A stretch of 32,000 nt of DNA. Origin: Pelotomaculum terephthalicicum JT (GTDB lineage: Bacteria; Bacillota; Desulfotomaculia; Desulfotomaculales; Pelotomaculaceae). Position numbers and translations under genes: made by a program. The notes beneath the pieces are model-generated. The model saw nothing but the letters and a program-made list of their open reading frames with translations. It had not been told where the DNA came from and did not search any database. The stretch is taken from NCBI RefSeq assembly GCF_022410535.1, contig NZ_JAKNBL010000023.1:14894-46893 (forward strand). Direction: 5' to 3'. The stretch's first letter is position 1. Every line of letters starts with the position of its first letter. This document shows, one piece after another, positions 27,788 through 32,000 of the stretch.

Positions 27788-27924
27788 CCGTATCTTATAC
27801 CTGTTCAAGGAAATTCAAATATTTGAAAATTTAATTTCAATATTTATAATTTTCTTTTATTTCACAATATATTAAATTGTTATAATTAATAAATTATTAA
27901 TAAAAATTAATAAAAAATTTTTGA

Positions 27925-28341
27925 TTAATAATCAAGATATACTTTATTGGGCAATAAATAGCTTGGTCGATGTCCATCAATAAATATTTGCGCCACATAG
28001 TTACAATTTTCCATAATTTTTTTAATTTCTTCCGGCCCGGCATTGTCCACGTGTATACCTACAACCACAACTACAGGTTTACCAAAGGCTAATGCTATTT
28101 TTTCCGCAATGGGCTTGGCCACTTCGTCATCTTTATGACCTAACAAAGGTATCACGCTCGTGTTACAGCTGACTTTAGTATTGTCGGAGATGCTTGGCCT
28201 AGTCAGGCTTATTGCAACTGCTCCTACATGCGGCTTATCGCCGCCATAAAGATGTGCGACTAAACCGTCTCCGGTAATTGAAACCATCAATTCAACTCTA
28301 TATTTCCCATCACCCGCGGCATAAACCACTTGTTCCGTCAA
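27925..28341 (-). CDS. LpdD-like UbiD-system accessory protein (putative prenylated-flavin chaperone), tentative
   Basis: 138 aa. TTG start with a GGAGGG SD. The motifs ..YGGDKPHVGAV.., ..LLGHKDDEVAKPIAEKIA.. and ..VVVVGIHVDN.. resemble my memory of Lactobacillus LpdD (..GGTNPHIGDV.., ..HKDN.., ..AGIHVNQ..). Confidence 0.45.
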   Translation of the reverse strand: MTEQVVYAAGDGKYRVELMVSITGDGLVAHLYGGDKPHVGAVAISLTRPSISDNTKVSCNTSVIPLLGHKDDEVAKPIAEKIALAFGKPVVVVVGIHVDNAGPEEIKKIMENCNYVAQIFIDGHRPSYLLPNKVYLDY

Positions 28342-28396
28342 ATTTATTCCCTCCCTCTAAAAGAGATTGATAAAGTAAAAAGCGCATTATATTAAT

Positions 28397-28412
28397 TGCA
28401 ATTTATATGCCA
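28397..28412 (-). promoter_or_regulatory. Sigma-54 (-24/-12) promoter of the LpdD-like gene
   Basis: The minus strand reads TGGCAT-ATAAA-TTGCA, about 56 nt upstream of TTG 28341. Confidence 0.8.
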
Positions 28413-28481
28413 ATTTCTATTTCTAACAAATTCAGCGTTTTGTTACGCTCTTCTATCCTTAGACTTGTAATACTTAAAAGC

Positions 28482-28507
28482 GTTGGTCACCTTTTAGAAA
28501 ACCAACC
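28482..28507. promoter_or_regulatory. Second copy of the GTTGGT..ACCAAC(C) inverted repeat (candidate UAS or terminator of the activator gene)
   Basis: GTTGGT-N13-ACCAACC, at the same distance of about 85 bp from its -24 element as copy 1. Confidence 0.45.
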
Positions 28508-28588
28508 CTGTATTTCATACCTGTATATATAATTCTATTTTTTATAATAATATTATATCATTTAAATACTTTGCTGTTCTTATTTGGG

Positions 28589-29980
28589 TTAATCACATTT
28601 AAATTTCCGCAATTTATTATATAATGTTGTTAAAGAGATACCTAACGCCTGAGCAGCTTCCTTTTTGCCGGCCAAGGAAGGGCCGTACTTTGCGAGTGCA
28701 CGGCTTATCATCGACCTTTCCAGTTCCTCTAATGAGACAATGGATTCAGGTTTTTGAGACGGCAGTGGTGACAGGCAAATATCATCCGCCTTGATCCATT
28801 CCCTGTCACATAGTGTGCCAGCTTTTTCTAGAACATTTTCCAATTCACGAATATTTCCTGGCCAGCAGTGGTTTGCCAATTTGCCTAAAGCTTTATCTTC
28901 CAAACCTTTTATCGCTCTACCAACCCGGCAACTAATTTTAGGCAACAAGTTTTGCACTATTAAGGGAATATCGTCAATTCGTTTACGCAGCGGCGGAATT
29001 TCTATATTCACTACATTCAACCGGTAATATAAATCTAGACGAAACAAATCCTTGGCAATTAATTCCTCTAAGTTCCGGTTGGTTGCGGCGATTACACGCG
29101 TATTTACTTTTATTTCTTTAGTGCCCCCCAAACGACGGAACTTTCCGTTTTGGAGCACCTGCAGCAGCTTGGCCTGCAGCCGCAAATCCATATCTCCAAT
29201 CTCGTCCAGAAAAATAGTCCCTTGATTAGCTACTTCGAAAGTCCCAATTTTTTGCTGCCCTGCTCCGGTAAAAGAACCTTTTTCATAACCAAAAAATTCA
29301 CTTTCTAAGAGACTATCCGGAATGGCCGCGCAATTCACATTAACAAACGGCTGATACCGGCGCATGCTGTTATTATGAATGGCTTCAGCAAACAACTGCT
29401 TTCCCGTACCGCTTTCTCCCCGTAATAGTACGGTTGAGTCTGTCTGTGAAACACGCTGAGCTATAGTAATAGCCTCTTTAAAACATTGAGTTTGACCTGC
29501 TATTGTATTAAAATCATATCTTGCCTGTCCAATTTGCTTAGACCTATCGGAAGAGCTCCGAATGTCTTCTCGGGCTTTAGCTAACTTATCTAACATGCTC
29601 ATCGCTTCCGTGACTCCACGAAAGAATACAATTGCCCCAACAAACTGGTTGTCAATGTGGATGGGAAAGGCGTTGGAAAGGACTTCAGTTTGGGCTCCCG
29701 GTGGTAAATGTTTTTTGCCAAAAACCGGTTGACCAGTCAATATAACCTCTGTTAATGCTCCGTACGGGTTCGTTTTTAATATATTTTGACCAATTCTTTT
29801 CTGTCCGTCATTTCTGCAAATTAATGTGTATGAATTATTGGCATAGACAATATTGCCTTCGTGATCAGCAAGAAGAATTCCCTCCGGGGAAGAGTCTAAA
29901 ACTGCGTGCCCCAGTATACCGATACTTTCTACAAGGCTATTAAACAAGAATATCACTCCCCGAGTTATTATCCTCATCAT
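28589..29980 (-). CDS. Sigma-54-dependent transcriptional activator (PAS sensor, AAA+ domain, Fis-type HTH; no receiver domain)
   Basis: [16 protein letters not shown] (PAS-like), GESGTGK Walker A, GSFTGA sigma-54 contact loop, C-terminal [19 protein letters not shown]. The start is ambiguous: ATG 29980 has no SD, while TTG 29947 has GGGGAG 8 nt upstream. Confidence 0.85.
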   Translation of the reverse strand: MMRIITRGVIFLFNSLVESIGILGHAVLDSSPEGILLADHEGNIVYANNSYTLICRNDGQKRIGQNILKTNPYGALTEVILTGQPVFGKKHLPPGAQTEVLSNAFPIHIDNQFVGAIVFFRGVTEAMSMLDKLAKAREDIRSSSDRSKQIGQARYDFNTIAGQTQCFKEAITIAQRVSQTDSTVLLRGESGTGKQLFAEAIHNNSMRRYQPFVNVNCAAIPDSLLESEFFGYEKGSFTGAGQQKIGTFEVANQGTIFLDEIGDMDLRLQAKLLQVLQNGKFRRLGGTKEIKVNTRVIAATNRNLEELIAKDLFRLDLYYRLNVVNIEIPPLRKRIDDIPLIVQNLLPKISCRVGRAIKGLEDKALGKLANHCWPGNIRELENVLEKAGTLCDREWIKADDICLSPLPSQKPESIVSLEELERSMISRALAKYGPSLAGKKEAAQALGISLTTLYNKLRKFKCD

Positions 29981-30655
29981 TGCAAGGCCAGGGTGATATT
30001 ATATTCACATTATTGATATTATTTATATTATTGACACTAATCCGACAATTTCGTAAATTGTGTGGTGGATTATAGCCATAGCTCTCTCATCATAAATTGC
30101 AAACAAGCAATATTAAGTCTTTTCATGTTTCTAGTAATTGCAGAAGACAAATTGAGTCAAGAGTTCTATATCTAGAAAAAGAAGGCTTTGTGGTTTTATC
30201 TGACGGGACTAACAGAAGATTTACTACTTTTTGTTGCTAGAAGGTGCATTACCAAGGCTGATCATATTTCCCGCCACCATAGGCCACGCCATTAAAAATT
30301 AGCTTTAACAAATAACGATGTGACATGTATCCAGTTCTCTACCAGTCCGATAATGCAATATTTCTTTGGAAATAAACAATCTCATTTAAGATATTAACCC
30401 GGTTTTATTTTAATTTTATACATCCAGATATTAACTATGATAGTTCGTCATATTACTATGGTATGCCTTCTATTGCACTAGAAAAATTTTTAAACAAATT
30501 GCCATATAATTCGACAAATATATTACCCGGTTGTTCAGGCCGCATTCACCTGCCCAGTCTGCCGTGCCTTTTTTTCTGGAACCTACCGGCACCAAAACTT
30601 GTGGCCTCGCCTAACAGTCTGAGTTAACCACGATTAATAAGCTGCTTTAAACCGT

Positions 30656-31669
30656 TTATGCTTTTGTCAAAATATCTCTATTCCTAAATCCAAACAATCC
30701 AATACCCGTCAATACAGCAGAAAGGCAAATCAGCCAAAACAACGGAAGCAGCGGCAAATTTGTAATATTAATGGTATAGTGGGCATAAGAGAAGGGAGAA
30801 ATACACATTAGTGACCAATCAATGATCTGCGTTTCCCAGGCAAGCTCCAATATACTAAACGATAACCAAACCACCCATCCCAGTGCTGTTATGCGAGGCC
30901 ATCACCCATACAATAGAGCTGTTACACCTAACAGTATCCATACAGGTGGGATTTTTGAAACGCTCATACCAAAAATGTGCCAAAACTCATTGTTTAAATC
31001 GCCGGCGGCAAGCCCATAAACCAGTCCCCCGGCAATGCCCACGGCCAGCAGCAATGCAGCAGAACATAAAGATGCTACGATTAAATGGCTGCTCATCCAG
31101 CGAATCCGACTGACCTGCTTATCCACCAGCATTTCTGCTCTGCCTTCATTTTCTTCTTTTTTCAGACGCAATACAGCGGTCATGGTATAAACAGCCACAA
31201 AAAGTGATATCAGATAAATGCTGATGCTAATAAAGACATAGCCCAAACCCACCTCATCAGACCAACTTGTGCCGCCCAGATTCGACAGCCAGTCACTCAT
31301 TCCACCGGCATTGGATAAACCGGGAGAGATGGCCGCAAACACAACAATATACAATATTGTCCCCACCAGCCAACCGATAAGACTTCTCTTATGCAGCCTC
31401 CAAGCCAACGCCAAAGGACTGGAAAGATGGGAAACCGCTTCCGGGGGCCCGGAACGGGCCCAAAAAACACCTGCCCCCAGATCTCTGCGGGCAGAAAGTA
31501 CATAAGCAATAACGGCGGGTACAGCCGCAAAAACAGCACAATACAGCAGGCCCCAGCCATGATTGCCGGCAAACGGTTGGGTTACCCGCTGCCATGCTAT
31601 GGGAGTAATCCATCTTAATAAGGTATAGCCGCCTCCGAAGTTATTCAAAATCGCCATAACTATTCCCAT
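30656..31669 (-). pseudogene. ABC-2-type permease (polyketide-exporter-like family), 5'-truncated and frameshifted
   Basis: ..LRLKKEENEGRAEMLVDKQVSRIRW.. matches the R.EEE.GR.E....PVSR signature of this 12-TM family. The fragment starts mid-protein, with an in-frame TAG 2 codons upstream of 31669. The C-terminal TM segments continue in another frame (track ORF 30656-30874). Confidence 0.55.
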
Positions 31670-31775
31670 GTCCTGCTAGAGGGAATGGAAAAGCCACTAC
31701 CGACGGAGAACTCCTGGCTTTGTTAATAAAATACACAATTATTGCAAAGGCTATTATATTAAGGAGGTTATCAAC

Positions 31776-32000
31776 ATGAAGATACTAAAAACTTTAATAA
31801 CGAATGAAGGGCAAGATCAAGACATCCATGCTGGGGAAGCATATTCTTTATGGACGCAATTAATAGCCCGTTATGATACCGCTGAATTAATTGATATTTT
31901 TATAAACCTAACCAAGGATAATGACCTTAAACGTCTCTTAAAAAACGGCTTAAACAAAACAATTTTACCCCAAATTGACCGATTGGAAAAAGCCTGTTAG
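31776..32000 (+). CDS. Small helical protein (DUF3231-like, tentative); the TAG stop coincides with the window end
   Basis: AAGGAGG 8 nt upstream of ATG 31776. 74 codons. ..GEAYSLWTQLIARYDTAELIDIFINLTKDNDLKRLLKNGL.. recalls DUF3231 helical repeats. Confidence 0.5.
   Translation: MKILKTLITNEGQDQDIHAGEAYSLWTQLIARYDTAELIDIFINLTKDNDLKRLLKNGLNKTILPQIDRLEKAC

Larger units (their letters stand above)
27652..27804 (-). repeat. Promoter-module repeat, copy 1 (about 150 bp)
   Basis: Aligns by eye with 28371-28524 over its whole length, with roughly three quarters of positions identical. It includes AAGTAAAA, the -12/-24 box, the block CGTTTTGTnACGnTCTTCTATCnTTAGACTTG, the inverted repeat, and ..CATACCTGT. 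Confidence 0.8.
28371..28524 (-). repeat. Promoter-module repeat, copy 2 (about 150 bp)
   Basis: See copy 1. The element order and spacing are the same. Confidence 0.8.

Noticed and set aside
27830-27925. AT-rich reiterated ATTAATAAA-like tract, considered as a repeat array or CRISPR-like element
   Set aside because: It is short, irregular, low-complexity AT-rich DNA with no repeat-spacer periodicity. It is most likely intergenic curvature or spacer DNA.
31998-32000. TAG at the end of the 74-codon ORF, considered as a possible pyrrolysine or read-through codon
   Set aside because: The window ends at this codon, so no downstream frame can be inspected, and there are no pyl genes in view. It cannot be assessed.

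Overview
This 32-kb window is almost entirely co-directional on the minus strand. It reads like an anaerobic aromatic-acid catabolic region from a selenocysteine-using strict anaerobe. The strong GGAGG-type Shine-Dalgarno (SD) sites suggest a Peptococcaceae / Desulfotomaculum-Pelotomaculum-like organism, but that is only a guess. From left to right the window contains: (i) a Tat-exported, selenocysteine-containing formate dehydrogenase catalytic subunit (1-2916), which the ORF track splits at an in-frame TGA, followed by a multiply frameshifted fdhE remnant; (ii) a visibly AT-rich island (about 3900-6540) with an orphan radical SAM/SPASM maturase and only unconvincing small ORFs; (iii) two tandem moeA paralogues; (iv) a class II (tungsten-type) benzoyl-CoA reductase operon bamBCDEF (17329 down to 9395). 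In that operon bamE (HdrA-like) and bamF (MvhD-like) each carry an in-frame TGA at a conserved Cys position that the track reads as a stop, and a GC-rich spacer of about 270 bp sits between bamD and bamE; (v) an Mrp/NBP35 ATPase and decayed hydrolase and amidohydrolase remnants; (vi) a sigma-54-dependent cluster of PAS-AAA+ activator, LpdD-like protein, UbiD-family (de)carboxylase, 96-aa unknown, PaaK-type CoA ligase, BenE permease, UbiX, gamma-carbonic-anhydrase-like protein and an FAD flavoprotein, served by two near-duplicate promoter modules with near-consensus -24/-12 elements; (vii) a truncated ABC-2 permease pseudogene and a small plus-strand gene at the right edge. I saw no rRNA, tRNA, CRISPR array or intact transposase. 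The two best candidates for undescribed biology are the UbiD/UbiX/ligase module, as a possible new entry route into Bam, and the orphan rSAM/SPASM island.
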